Of a stretch of 64,000 bases of DNA, positions 9,489 to 19,644 are shown one piece after another. A model generated the notes under the pieces. It did not search any database. It was not told the DNA's origin and worked only from the letters and a program-made list of their open reading frames with translations. This DNA is from an uncultured Gammaproteobacteria bacterium (lineage in GTDB: Bacteria > Patescibacteriota > Microgenomatia > UBA12405): NCBI GenBank assembly GCA_964544275.1, contig CAZIZX010000002.1, positions 2,056 through 66,055 of the forward strand, written 5' to 3'. Position 1 is the first letter of the stretch; every line of letters starts with the position of its first letter. The translations under genes and the position numbers were made by a program.

Positions 9489-9834
9489 AGTGGTTAATAC
9501 GATTAACAGAATTGTCCTGATTGAGGACAATGCAGACAGCGTCGAGGCGGAAGCGGGAATAAGAAAGAGGGTGTGTCTGGATGAAACTTTGGGCAGTCTT
9601 TTGAATTTGTTTAATTTTGGAGGTAGAGATCATGTCTTCCGGGTTGCCAAAGTGGGAACCGATTTTGAGCTTGACTTCAACGAAGACGAGAGTATCTGAA
9701 TCTATCATTATCAGGTCAATTTCACCAAAACGGGTGTGGAAATTGTGATCGAGCGGTTGGAAACCTTTTTGGATTAAGAAATTTTGGGCAAGGGATTCGC
9801 CAAGTTTACCTTTGGAATAGTTTTGCTGTTTCAT
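9469..9834 (-). CDS. yraN: YraN family nuclease
   Basis: G..GE..A..FL...G, N...RFGEIDLI, LVFVEVK, RLDAV. Confidence 0.93.
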   Translation of the reverse strand: MKQQNYSKGKLGESLAQNFLIQKGFQPLDHNFHTRFGEIDLIMIDSDTLVFVEVKLKIGSHFGNPEDMISTSKIKQIQKTAQSFIQTHPLSYSRFRLDAVCIVLNQDNSVNRINHYENLSC

Positions 9835-11366
9835 TCTTGGGTTCTGATCCGATATTGTAAACTTTCGGCGATGTGGGTGTCGGTAATGGAATCTGATTGG
9901 GCCAGATCGGCAATAGTGCGGGAGACTTTAATAAGGCGAAAATAAGTGCGGGCGGAAAGAGCATATTTGTTGACGGCGGTTTTGAGGAGCAAGTTCCCTT
10001 GACGGGTGAGGTTGGCAAAAGCTTTGAGGTGAGAATTTTTCATGTCAGAATTGGTGTGGACGTTAGGGATATCTTTGAGGCGATGGGACTGGATTTGACG
10101 GGCGGTTAGTATCCGGGATTTGATATTTTCGGAACTTTCGGATTGAGGCTTGTTTGAGTTGACCATGAGTTTGTCAACGTCAACAGCAGGGACGTTGAGA
10201 TGAAGATCGATTCGGTCCATGATAGGACCGGAAAGTTTCTTTTGGTAGTTTAGGATTTGATGCTGGGTACACTTACATTCTTTTTTGGGATCATTTAAGT
10301 AGCCGCAGGGACAAGGATTAGCGGCGGCAACCAGCATGAATTGAGCAGGAAAGGTAACAGAACCGGAAGCGCGGGAGACGGTGATCTGGCCGTCTTCGAG
10401 AGGTTGACGGAGAGCTTCGAGACAGGAGCGGGGGAATTCGGGAAATTCATCCAAGAATAAAACGCCACGATGGGCCAAAGATACTTGGCCAGGCCGGGGA
10501 TTTCCGCCACCGCCGATGAGACCAATGGTGGAAGTAGTGTGGTGGGGAGATTGAAATGGACGGAGACGAATCAGAGAACCACCGGGAGGAATATTGCCGG
10601 TGATGGAGTAGATTTTGGTGACTTCGAGGCTTTCCTTTTGGGTAAGGTCGGGGAGGATGCCGGGGAGAGCGCGGGAGAGCATGGTTTTGCCACTGCCCGG
10701 ACTGCCCATCATAAAAATATTGTGGCCGCCAGCAGCGGCAATTTCCAGGGCGCGCTTGGCTTGTTGTTGGCCCAAAATTTCAGAAAAATTAAACTCAGGA
10801 TGAATATCGGACAGAAGTTGATCTGTTTTGATGGGTTTGAGAGGAGTCAGGATGCGGTCACCAGTGAGGTGTCGAATGAGTGAGTGGAGATTGTCAACCG
10901 GATAGACGTTGAGGCCGTCGATAACAGCGGCTTCGTTGGCGCAGAGGCGAGGGACAAAGAGGTTTTTGACACCCTGTTCTTTGGCCAAGACAGCCAGAAG
11001 AAAAACTCCAGTAGTGTGACGGAGGGAGCCGTCGAGGGATAATTCACCGTAGAAATAGGAAGGAATATTTGGCAGGGGAATTTGGGCGAAAGCAGAGACA
11101 ATGCCGACGGCAATAGGTAGGTCGTAACAAGAGCCGGTTTTGGGAAGGTCGGAAGGTGCCAGATTAACAGTAATCTTGGCGGTAGGAAATTCCAGGTTCG
11201 AGTTGATAATAGCGGTTTTGACCCGTTGGACAGCTTCTTCAACTGATTTATTACTGAGGCCGACAATGGAAAAACCAGGGAAGCCTTTGGAAGCAACATC
11301 GACTTCAACATCGATGTTGGTAGCCTGAAGGCCGTAACTGGTGGCAGAGGCAACTTTGACGAGCAC
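9831..11366 (-). CDS. comM: ComM/YifB Mg-chelatase-like AAA+ helicase
   Basis: ITVNLAP, YDLPIA, GSPGSGKT, SLAHRGVLFLDEFPEF, NPCPCG, SGPIMDRID, VSRTIADL. Confidence 0.95.
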   Translation of the reverse strand: MLVKVASATSYGLQATNIDVEVDVASKGFPGFSIVGLSNKSVEEAVQRVKTAIINSNLEFPTAKITVNLAPSDLPKTGSCYDLPIAVGIVSAFAQIPLPNIPSYFYGELSLDGSLRHTTGVFLLAVLAKEQGVKNLFVPRLCANEAAVIDGLNVYPVDNLHSLIRHLTGDRILTPLKPIKTDQLLSDIHPEFNFSEILGQQQAKRALEIAAAGGHNIFMMGSPGSGKTMLSRALPGILPDLTQKESLEVTKIYSITGNIPPGGSLIRLRPFQSPHHTTSTIGLIGGGGNPRPGQVSLAHRGVLFLDEFPEFPRSCLEALRQPLEDGQITVSRASGSVTFPAQFMLVAAANPCPCGYLNDPKKECKCTQHQILNYQKKLSGPIMDRIDLHLNVPAVDVDKLMVNSNKPQSESSENIKSRILTARQIQSHRLKDIPNVHTNSDMKNSHLKAFANLTRQGNLLLKTAVNKYALSARTYFRLIKVSRTIADLAQSDSITDTHIAESLQYRIRTQE

Positions 11367-11410
11367 TGATTAAAATGTAACACGGAAGAGAGTGAGGATA
11401 AATACAAAAT

Positions 11411-11827
11411 CTAATAGAAAACGACGGAGACGGTTTGGGGAACTTGGAGGCCATTGGATTGGGCAGAGACAGTGAAGCGGCCGGTAATGGAGGAAGAAAG
11501 ATCAAAAACAGCTTTGCCTGAATCGTCGGTGATAGGTTGAATAGGGTGGGCGTTAACGGTTGGAGGTAAATTGAGAGAGACATTTTGGTGGGGAATACCG
11601 AGCCCGCGGGAGTCGAGGAGAAAGACGGTGATGCGAACTAACTCTTGGCTATCGGCCTTGGCTTGAAGGGGTGAGGCAAAAAGATAGGAATTGGAGATGG
11701 AGCCGGCGGAGGTGGGTTGGCTAACTTGGGCCTGACCAAAAAAGACGGTGGTTTGCATTAAAAGATAAAGAGAGGCAAGCAGGGAGAGAACTAGAAATGC
11801 TATTAAGGCTATGATTCCGGGTTTCAT
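11411..11827 (-). CDS. Membrane-anchored Ig-like (Big_1-type) protein
   Basis: N-terminal TM; AKADS...RITVFLLD..G.G....V.L...TDDSG.A.F. Confidence 0.7.
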   Translation of the reverse strand: MKPGIIALIAFLVLSLLASLYLLMQTTVFFGQAQVSQPTSAGSISNSYLFASPLQAKADSQELVRITVFLLDSRGLGIPHQNVSLNLPPTVNAHPIQPITDDSGKAVFDLSSSITGRFTVSAQSNGLQVPQTVSVVFY

Positions 11828-11830
11828 TAA

Positions 11831-12682
11831 TTAATTGTAACGGATATTGGCAAGAGATACATGACGGATGGTCGGAAGATAACGAGGTGTGGGTTGAGGA
11901 AGAGTTTTTATTATCAAGTAGACAAAAAGAGTAAGAGTGAGAATAAAACAGGGGAGAAAAATAATCAGGAACTTGTGCGCCAGCCAGAAGAGATAGAGAA
12001 TAGAAGGAAGGCTGTAGTTTAGGGTATTTGATTTGGGGGTGTTGTTGTCTTGATAGAGAGCGGTGGCAAAGAGCCGGTAGTTGCTGGAATAGACGGTTGG
12101 CAGAGAGAAGCTGTAATTGCCAGATTCATCTGTTTTGATTGTAAATTGGGGTAAAGAGTAAGCATAGGTTTCTTTGGGGAAAGTCAAGGGATTTTGCTTG
12201 TCTTGGTAGAGGTAAATGTTGACAAAACTGTCAGGAATGGATTGACCTGAAGCCAGGCTGGTGGAATTGGCTTTGATATTATCGGAGTCGATGGTAATGG
12301 TGGGTGGTAGGAGGATGGGTCCGATATCGGTATGGATGTTTTCAGGAGGTGGTGGAGGGATACAGACGGGGTGGGAGCGGCGGGAGTGATTATCAGTGGA
12401 GGTGAGGCAAAGATCGGAAGGATTTTCGGGCAGGATAGACTTGTCAAATTCAAAGTAACCCGCTTGGTTGGTGTAAGTGACATCAAAAACCCGAGGAGAG
12501 CTAAGCTCAACCCGAGAATTGGGAGTGGTGAAGCCGTGAATGGTGACTTGATTCTTGCCAATGAAGGCTGATATCCGAACTGAAGGTGTTACTTCAGCTT
12601 GGGTGGAAGGAGGAGAAACTAAGATGAAAATAGTAGATATGGCTAAAAGTATGGCAGACCAGAATCTTTTAGGTACGATCAC
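11831..12682 (-). CDS. Secreted, C-terminally anchored protein with tandem beta-sandwich-like domains
   Basis: Signal peptide ending AEV, two G...P.S.V..TD/N..G.F/Y.F motifs, C-terminal TM. Confidence 0.6.
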   Translation of the reverse strand: MIVPKRFWSAILLAISTIFILVSPPSTQAEVTPSVRISAFIGKNQVTIHGFTTPNSRVELSSPRVFDVTYTNQAGYFEFDKSILPENPSDLCLTSTDNHSRRSHPVCIPPPPPENIHTDIGPILLPPTITIDSDNIKANSTSLASGQSIPDSFVNIYLYQDKQNPLTFPKETYAYSLPQFTIKTDESGNYSFSLPTVYSSNYRLFATALYQDNNTPKSNTLNYSLPSILYLFWLAHKFLIIFLPCFILTLTLFVYLIIKTLPQPTPRYLPTIRHVSLANIRYN

Positions 12683-13652
12683 GGTATTTATTTTTTAGAT
12701 TTTCCAGATCAGGTTGATGAGGAGGCAGAGGTTTGTTTTTGTTGGTCCGATCCTTGTTCTTCAGGATAATGACGAGAAGAGCTATGAGAGCAATGAGGGC
12801 CATGAGGAAGGTGATGAGTCTCCAGGGAATGACCCAGAAGAAGACGGTGGCGGTTAATAGTCCGCCAGTAGTACCATAGGTGGCATTAACTTGAGCCTGA
12901 TAGCGACCAAGGAGCCATTTTTTGTCGAGTTGGTTAATAAATTCTCTTTGGGTATAGGGGAAGATATTGGTTTCGGTCAAGGGAAGTTGAGCGGTAGTAC
13001 CACCAAGCATATTTTTGATGGTGATTTGTCCGTTGGGGGTGATATGAACATCGGAAAGGTTTTCGATAATAGTTTGGATGTCTATGGGTCCGAATTCAGA
13101 AAAGCCAGGTACCGTTAGGTCAACAATGCGGGCATCCTGTTTGATATCTCCGGGAACGGTAATATAGATGAGGCTGCCAACATTGGTTTCGATAGCGGCG
13201 CCGGTGGTATCGAGAAAGACATCAGTTTGAGGATTGTGGAGGACCATAGCATAATGTCCACCAGGAAGGGCGTCAATTGGAGCAATAACGGTTAAGATGA
13301 GAGACTTGGTCTCACCCGGTTTAAGTTTGAGTTGAGTGGGAGAGACCTGAATCCAGGAACTAGCGGCCCAACGATTATCTTCTTCGGTAACGCCGTCAAT
13401 CTGAACAGGGGTACCGATAGTATCGGTGACGACGAAATCCTTGACATTGGTGGTGATAACTTTTTCGGTTTGAGATTCGTTCCGGACCTTGATCTCTTTG
13501 CTGACATGTTGGCCGGGCTCAACAGTGATTTCCAGTCGTGGAGGTATAGCCGATAGACCCAGAGCCGACTGAGCTTTGACATGGGGTGTTAGAAGGAAAT
13601 AAGTAGCTGATAGGAGTAGGAGGATGAGGCTGGTTTTGAATATATTTTTCAT
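12669..13652 (-). CDS. DUF916/WxL-interacting-like surface protein with C-terminal TM
   Basis: PPRLEITVEPG...I.V.N.S; WI...P....LKPGE; P.DALPGGHYA; EN..DVH..P.G; GRYQA; FFWVIPW then TM; start moved to ATG 13652. Confidence 0.7.
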   Translation of the reverse strand: MKNIFKTSLILLLLSATYFLLTPHVKAQSALGLSAIPPRLEITVEPGQHVSKEIKVRNESQTEKVITTNVKDFVVTDTIGTPVQIDGVTEEDNRWAASSWIQVSPTQLKLKPGETKSLILTVIAPIDALPGGHYAMVLHNPQTDVFLDTTGAAIETNVGSLIYITVPGDIKQDARIVDLTVPGFSEFGPIDIQTIIENLSDVHITPNGQITIKNMLGGTTAQLPLTETNIFPYTQREFINQLDKKWLLGRYQAQVNATYGTTGGLLTATVFFWVIPWRLITFLMALIALIALLVIILKNKDRTNKNKPLPPHQPDLENLKNKYRDRT

Positions 13653-13663
13653 TGTTTTTTGGA

Positions 13664-15145
13664 TTAAAATGTGGCGGTAGCAGTATAAACAACTTTTGTT
13701 TCGTAGTTGCCGGCAGCTTGAAGGGTGTTGGCAACGATCCGGTAGCACATATAGATACTTTCGACAGCAGTAGGAGTGCTGGCATTGCTCATAATATTTT
13801 GGGCATTGACGAAACCGATGCCGAAGGGTTTGGCGGTGAAAGTAGTGCCGCTGGTGTTGTATTGAAAGGGAACGGTGGTGGCGTTGATATTCTGAATTGA
13901 ATAGCCAAAGCCAGATTCGGCCACATCCGAATGCCAGCGGGCGGCGGTAGTGACAGAACAGGTATAAGTAGGATTGTCGCAGTTAGTATCAGGGATGGTG
14001 GTACCGGTAGATATATTTGATAGATAACCGGATTCGTAGACGGTAACGGCGTAACCATTAGTGGCGTTAGTAGTAGCGCTAAGTCTTTGGGCTAGATTAT
14101 TACCGGTACTGCCGATGGAGAGTGAACCGAAAGCGACGGTAGTGGCGGTGGTGTTGTTGGCGCTGGCACCGAGAACATTACCGCAACGGGTCTGGCCGGA
14201 GCCGACGCCGGAATTGTCGATAGTAAAGGTAATAGTAGGATCAACCGTGGCGGTGACCCGAACCGATTCGACAACGGCGATACGACCTGAAGCGGTGTCG
14301 GCATCGATGACGGCACCAGTGGAATCCAAGTGGCGAACGAAGAAATTATAAACATCGGCAACGCCTTCGGAGGAGTAGGGGCGGCTGACTGAAGAGCTGG
14401 GATTGATCAGTTGACTACCGGTAGATAAATCGCGACCGATGCCGATACTGGTACCGATGTCGACCGGATTGTTAGCACCGGCGGCGAGAGTACAAGTAAT
14501 AGAGTGGTAAAGATTGCTACCAATAGTAACATTGGTGACTCCGATTGAGGCAGTGCCAAAAGGACAGGTGATATCGGCTGGTTTGAGACGGGTACCGATG
14601 CCAGTGTTGGTGGAGCCAACGTCGGAGCCGAGATCGAAGCCCTGCTGGTCGGGCATACCGTCAGCTGCCAGTTCCCCGACTCGGGAAGTAGCTTTTATGA
14701 GTAGTTGCCAGGCGCCGCCAGTGACAGAGCTTTTGGGAGTGAAATAGGTGGTGTGGATGGCTGATCGGGTAGCAACGATGATGCTAGTGTTGAAAGAATT
14801 ATTGTGAGCCAAGGTACCGCCGATTTGAAAGACGGCGGTGTTGCCGATACCGCTGACTGTGTAGTGGTCAAGTCCAGTGACTCCAGTTTTGGCGATACCG
14901 ATGACATCGCCGGCAAAGAGATTGGAGGTGGTATTGGACGGATTGCCGGAGGTCTGGATGGTTAGAAACGAACTGCCGGCAGTATTGCCGGTTCCAAGAC
15001 GGGCAAAGTAAGACATTTGAGAGTTGGACAGGACATTGCGGACACTGGTGGGTGGTACTGATCGAATATTGCTTTTGGGTGCCAGTAAAGAAATGGCTCC
15101 AACAGCAGTTAGTACGAGTAAGGTCCTAACCGTTAATTTTTTCAT
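13664..15145 (-). CDS. Secreted surface protein with C-terminal WxL-like domain
   Basis: Signal peptide; VDPTITFTI..VAFGSL..TNATNGYAVTV..IPD..W..GFGY..QAAGNYETKVVYTATATF. Confidence 0.6.
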   Translation of the reverse strand: MKKLTVRTLLVLTAVGAISLLAPKSNIRSVPPTSVRNVLSNSQMSYFARLGTGNTAGSSFLTIQTSGNPSNTTSNLFAGDVIGIAKTGVTGLDHYTVSGIGNTAVFQIGGTLAHNNSFNTSIIVATRSAIHTTYFTPKSSVTGGAWQLLIKATSRVGELAADGMPDQQGFDLGSDVGSTNTGIGTRLKPADITCPFGTASIGVTNVTIGSNLYHSITCTLAAGANNPVDIGTSIGIGRDLSTGSQLINPSSSVSRPYSSEGVADVYNFFVRHLDSTGAVIDADTASGRIAVVESVRVTATVDPTITFTIDNSGVGSGQTRCGNVLGASANNTTATTVAFGSLSIGSTGNNLAQRLSATTNATNGYAVTVYESGYLSNISTGTTIPDTNCDNPTYTCSVTTAARWHSDVAESGFGYSIQNINATTVPFQYNTSGTTFTAKPFGIGFVNAQNIMSNASTPTAVESIYMCYRIVANTLQAAGNYETKVVYTATATF

Positions 15146-15178
15146 TAAGGATTGCGCGTTTGTTAATGTTAATAATTA

Positions 15179-15208
15179 AAGATAGTGGAGAGAGAGAGTG
15201 GTTGTCAA
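15179..15208 (-). promoter_or_regulatory. Sigma70-type promoter for the 15145 gene set
   Basis: TTGACA-18 nt-TATCTT on the minus strand. Confidence 0.5.
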
Positions 15209-15347
15209 GAGCTTGATTATTACTTTATGTGTGTGGTTTTGGAGAAAGGTGGTAATTGGATGTTCTGGGAGGTTGAAAATTAGGCGGTTTGGGGATAAAG
15301 TATGCAATACTAGATACGTATTAAAAGTTTTTTAAAAAGGACCAATC

Positions 15348-17987
15348 ATGCAAAAATATGTCTATTTTTTCGGTAATGGCAAGGCAGAAGGCGATAAGGA
15401 GATGAAGTTTTTGTTGGGTGGGAAAGGAGCGAATTTGGCGGAAATGACTAATTTGGGTGTACCCGTACCTCCAGGAATTACGATTTCGACTGAAGTTTGC
15501 CGATATTATTATGAGCATGATAAGTCTTATCCGGCAGAATTACAGAAAGAAATTGATGAGGGGTTGAAAAAAATAGAGGGAGTGACGGGGAAGAAGTTTG
15601 GTGACGAAAAAAATCCATTGCTGGTTTCGGTCAGGTCCGGAGCAGCTGCTTCGATGCCGGGGATGATGGATACGATATTAAATTTGGGTTTGACTGATAA
15701 GACAATTAAGGGGGTAATTGAGAAGTCGGGAAATCCGAGATTTGCCTGGGATTCTTATCGAAGATTTGTTCAGATGTTTGGTAACGTGGTGGATGGGATT
15801 GAACATGAGAAGTTTGAACATGTGATTGAGAGCATTAAAAACAAAAAGGGAATTAAAGAGGATTTGGAAATGAAGGCGGAGGATTGGGAGGAAGTGGTGG
15901 CCGGTTACCGGAAGCTTTATGTAATTGAAAAAGGTGAAGATTTTCCCCAGGACCCAAGAGTGCAACTGGAAAGATCAATTAACGCTGTTTTTGGGTCGTG
16001 GAATAATCCTCGAGCAATTACGTATAGAATATTGAATAAAATTGATGAGAAAAAGATATTCGGGACGGCGGTAAATGTTCAGTCAATGGTGTTTGGGAAT
16101 ATGGGTGAAGATTCGGGAACGGGAGTAGCTTTTACCCGAAATCCGTCAACGGGAGAAAACAAACCGTATGGTGAGTACTTAATGAATGCCCAAGGTGAGG
16201 ATGTAGTGGCCGGGATCCGAACACCTAAACATTTAGAATTACTAAGAGAAGATAATGAGGCTGCTTATGATCAGTTGATGGCTTTGTTTGACCGACTGGA
16301 AAAGCACTATAGAGATATGCAGGATGTGGAGTTTACTATAGAGAATGGGACATTATATGTGCTGCAGACCAGAAACGGCAAGAGAACTGCAGCAGCGGCA
16401 GTCAAAGTGGCGGTAGATTTGGTGGCTGAGGGAATGATTGATGAAAAAGTGGCATTAACGCGGGTTGAGGCTGAAGCTTTGGATCAGTTACTTCACCCGA
16501 CTTTGGACCCAAAATCCAAAAAAGATTTTAAGGTGATAGCTACCGGATTACCAGCTTCGCCGGGAGCGGCTTATGGTGCGGCGGTATTTACAGCCGAAGA
16601 CGCGGTAGAGAAAGCCGAGGCCGGTAAGAAAGTGATTTTGGTTCGGGCTGAGACTTCACCGGAGGATTTGGCCGGGATGCATGCGGCCCAGGGAATATTA
16701 ACAGCCAGGGGTGGTATGACTTCGCATGCGGCGGTAGTAGCCAGGGGCATGGGTAAGTGCTGCGTGTCCGGAGCTGAGTCGGTGGTGGTGTCAGAAAAGG
16801 CCAAAAACTTTAGAGTGGGTGAACTGACTGTGGCCGAGGGTGACATGATCACTTTGGACGGGTCAACCGGGGAAGTGTTTTTGGGACAGGTTTTGACCCA
16901 GACGCCGAGTTTGAGTGGAGATTTTGGAAAATTGATGTCCTGGGCAGATAAATACCGAAAGATGGGTGTTCGGACTAATGCTGATACGCCCAAGGATGCC
17001 AAAACGGCTCGGGAATTTGGAGCGGAAGGGATCGGTCTTTGCCGGACTGAGCATATGTTTTTTGAAGGAGACAGAATTTTTGCAGTGAGGCAGATGATTG
17101 TGTCGGAAACTTTGGAACAGAGAGAAGCGGCTTTGGCCAAGATCTATCCAATGCAGAAAAATGATTTCAAGCAGTTATTTGAAATTATGAAGGGTTTGCC
17201 GGTGAAAATCAGGCTGCTGGACCCGCCTTTGCATGAATTTTTGCCCAAAGAGGAAGCTGATATTGAGGCTATTGCCAAAGAAATGGGAATTACGGTGGAA
17301 AGACTAAAGGATAAGATTGAGTACTTGGCCGAATTTAATCCAATGATGGGTCATCGGGGAGTAAGGCTGGGGGTGACTTATCCCGAAATTTACCAGATGC
17401 AGGTACGGGCAATTATTGATGCGGCTTGTGAACTGAAAAAGGAAACAGGAGAGGAAATAGTGCCGGAGATTATGATCCCTCTAATTGGAGAGGCGGCGGA
17501 AATGCGTTGGATTAAAGCCAAATTATTACCGGTAATTGAGGAAACCATCAAAAAGGCCGGGGTGACATTGAAATATGAAGTGGGGACGATGATTGAAATT
17601 CCAAGAGCGGCCCTGTTGGCTGACGAGATAGCCGAAGAAGCGGACTTTTTCTCTTTTGGGACCAATGATTTGACCCAGATGACTTACGGTTTTTCCCGAG
17701 ATGATGCGGGTAAGTTTTTGAAAGAGTATTTGAAAGAGAAAATAATGGCTGAGGATCCTTTCCGAAGTGTGGATCAGGCCGGGGTGGGTAAGCTGATGGA
17801 AATGTCAGTGAGCTTGGGGCGGAAGGTAAGAAAGGATATGCATATCGGGATTTGTGGTGAGCAGGGAGGAGACCCTCAGACGGTGAAATTTTGTCACCGG
17901 ATTGGGTTGACTTATGTGTCGTGTTCACCCTTCCGGGTACCGATTGCTCGACTGGCGGCGGCCCAGGCAGCAGTGGAAGAATCGTGA
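15348..17987 (+). CDS. ppdK: Pyruvate, phosphate dikinase
   Basis: LGGKGANLAEM, SVRSGA..SMPGMMDT, GGMTSHAAVVARG, GIGLCRTEHMF, FSFGTNDLTQ. Confidence 0.98.
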   Translation: MQKYVYFFGNGKAEGDKEMKFLLGGKGANLAEMTNLGVPVPPGITISTEVCRYYYEHDKSYPAELQKEIDEGLKKIEGVTGKKFGDEKNPLLVSVRSGAAASMPGMMDTILNLGLTDKTIKGVIEKSGNPRFAWDSYRRFVQMFGNVVDGIEHEKFEHVIESIKNKKGIKEDLEMKAEDWEEVVAGYRKLYVIEKGEDFPQDPRVQLERSINAVFGSWNNPRAITYRILNKIDEKKIFGTAVNVQSMVFGNMGEDSGTGVAFTRNPSTGENKPYGEYLMNAQGEDVVAGIRTPKHLELLREDNEAAYDQLMALFDRLEKHYRDMQDVEFTIENGTLYVLQTRNGKRTAAAAVKVAVDLVAEGMIDEKVALTRVEAEALDQLLHPTLDPKSKKDFKVIATGLPASPGAAYGAAVFTAEDAVEKAEAGKKVILVRAETSPEDLAGMHAAQGILTARGGMTSHAAVVARGMGKCCVSGAESVVVSEKAKNFRVGELTVAEGDMITLDGSTGEVFLGQVLTQTPSLSGDFGKLMSWADKYRKMGVRTNADTPKDAKTAREFGAEGIGLCRTEHMFFEGDRIFAVRQMIVSETLEQREAALAKIYPMQKNDFKQLFEIMKGLPVKIRLLDPPLHEFLPKEEADIEAIAKEMGITVERLKDKIEYLAEFNPMMGHRGVRLGVTYPEIYQMQVRAIIDAACELKKETGEEIVPEIMIPLIGEAAEMRWIKAKLLPVIEETIKKAGVTLKYEVGTMIEIPRAALLADEIAEEADFFSFGTNDLTQMTYGFSRDDAGKFLKEYLKEKIMAEDPFRSVDQAGVGKLMEMSVSLGRKVRKDMHIGICGEQGGDPQTVKFCHRIGLTYVSCSPFRVPIARLAAAQAAVEES

Positions 17988-18013
17988 GGCTTGAAATTAG
18001 AGAAAGTGGGGGG

Positions 18014-18880
18014 TTAAGAGGTTCGGTGTCGAGGTAGTTTGTGGTGGCGATAAAAGGTTAGAGCAAGCAAGGAAAGTGGCAGCAGAAGAATTAGTAGAGA
18101 AAAAGGGAAGACGTAGAAGGTGGTAGTGACGGGTTTGGCGGAGTCGGTAGCGGAGAGAGAGAGGCTGGCAGTGTAAGCTCCGGGCCAGAAGGGTGGTTTG
18201 AGGGTGCAGGTGTGAGCGGGAGTGCAAAGGATAGAGCGGGAGTGGTTGGCCAAGACGTTTTGGGGAGATAGCTGCAATTGGACCATTTCCCGGTTATCTT
18301 TGTAAACTGTGATTTTACCTTCAGTTTTGAAGAAATTACCGGTCTGGTTTTTGATGAGGGCGGAGAGATTGACAGGAGTAAGGAAGCAGTCTTTGATTTT
18401 GGGCAGGGCAATAAAGTCGAATATTTGAGCAGAAAGAGGTAGTTTTTCGGTATCGGAGACAGAGAAGAGAAGGTGAGAGCCGATTTTGGCGTGAGTGCTG
18501 GATCTGGCTGAGTCAGGATTGATTTGGTTAGTTTGGGCTTGATTGACAAAAAGGGTGTAGTAATAATCTTTTTTGAGAGTATTTGAATCGGGCTTGATCT
18601 TGAGGACCAGTTGTCTTTTTTCGTCGGGTTTTAGGGCGAAAGTATCTCCCAATTTCAGGTCGGCGTTGTTGAGGGAAAATTGGATGTTTTCACTTTCGGG
18701 GACATGATCGTAGGAAAGCGAGCCGTCCGATCCGGAAGGTTGCCAGGCTTCGACGGAGGTGTTTAAGTAAAGGGTGTTGCCGGAGTTGTTGGTTAAGTCA
18801 TATGCCTGAAGGACAGTGGCACCGGGTTTGATGATAAATTCGGATTGGGCTGGATTGATGGTGAGACTGTAATCGGCCAT
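18014..18880 (-). CDS. Second DUF916-like protein with C-terminal TM (no obvious signal peptide)
   Basis: INPA..E..IKPG; LKPDE..Q..L.I; N....F.TEG.I; GAYTA; FYVFPF then TM; paralog of 12669..13652. Confidence 0.65.
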   Translation of the reverse strand: MADYSLTINPAQSEFIIKPGATVLQAYDLTNNSGNTLYLNTSVEAWQPSGSDGSLSYDHVPESENIQFSLNNADLKLGDTFALKPDEKRQLVLKIKPDSNTLKKDYYYTLFVNQAQTNQINPDSARSSTHAKIGSHLLFSVSDTEKLPLSAQIFDFIALPKIKDCFLTPVNLSALIKNQTGNFFKTEGKITVYKDNREMVQLQLSPQNVLANHSRSILCTPAHTCTLKPPFWPGAYTASLSLSATDSAKPVTTTFYVFPFSLLILLLPLSLLALTFYRHHKLPRHRTS

Positions 18881-18882
18881 GG

Positions 18883-19644
18883 TTAATATTTGGGAACGGC
18901 AATAAAAGTAATGGAATTGGAATAATTACCGGCTGATTGGAGAGGAGAAATGTTGGCTTTGTAAGTGATACGGGCAGAGTGCTGTTCAACAGGTGAATCT
19001 TCGGACATGATTATTTGGCTGGTTTCGGGTGGAGTGGCGGAGGAGTTGGCAAATTGGCGAAAATAGCTGGAGTCGGGAAAGTGTTGGGAAGTGCCAATAC
19101 CGATGGGAGAAAGAAGGTGGTTGATACCAGAGGCATTGAAGCCGAAGCCATAAGTAGCGCCGTTGGTCCAGACGCCGGAGACTGATTCGGAGCAGGTATG
19201 GGTATCGCAAGTAGTGTCGGGGATGGTAACTCCGGAAGCGAGGGAGAGAGGGTGGTTTTGGAAGGTTAGGATTTGGTAGCCTTGGCCAGAAGGAGTAGTG
19301 ATGGTAATAATGTTGGAGTCGGTGGAGCCGATACCGGGAGTAAGAGTGCCGAGGTTGACTAAGAGGTTATCAATTTCAAAAGAAAAATCACTGCGGAAGG
19401 AGTCGTAAATGTATTGGAAGCCGGATTTGAGAGTGTAGCCATTATTGTCAAATTGGCCGGGGGCATTTTGACCAATAGTATCGGTGAGGTTGTAGTTGGA
19501 AGAAGACTTGCTGCCGGAGGTAATGTTAAAGTTGCCCCAATCTATTTGGTAGGAAGGGGAAGTAAAAGTCTGACTGAAAACGAGTTGGGTAAAAAGGAGG
19601 AAGAGTGGAGTGGCGGCGATAAAAAAAATTAATTTAAGTTTCAT
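18883..19644 (-). CDS. Second secreted WxL-like protein
   Basis: Start at ATG 19644 (MKLKLIFF signal peptide); FSFEI..VNLGTL..GYQI..IPDT.CD..W..GFGF..QSAGNYSNSITFIAVPKY, similar to the C-terminus of 13664..15145. Confidence 0.6.
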   Translation of the reverse strand: MKLKLIFFIAATPLFLLFTQLVFSQTFTSPSYQIDWGNFNITSGSKSSSNYNLTDTIGQNAPGQFDNNGYTLKSGFQYIYDSFRSDFSFEIDNLLVNLGTLTPGIGSTDSNIITITTPSGQGYQILTFQNHPLSLASGVTIPDTTCDTHTCSESVSGVWTNGATYGFGFNASGINHLLSPIGIGTSQHFPDSSYFRQFANSSATPPETSQIIMSEDSPVEQHSARITYKANISPLQSAGNYSNSITFIAVPKY

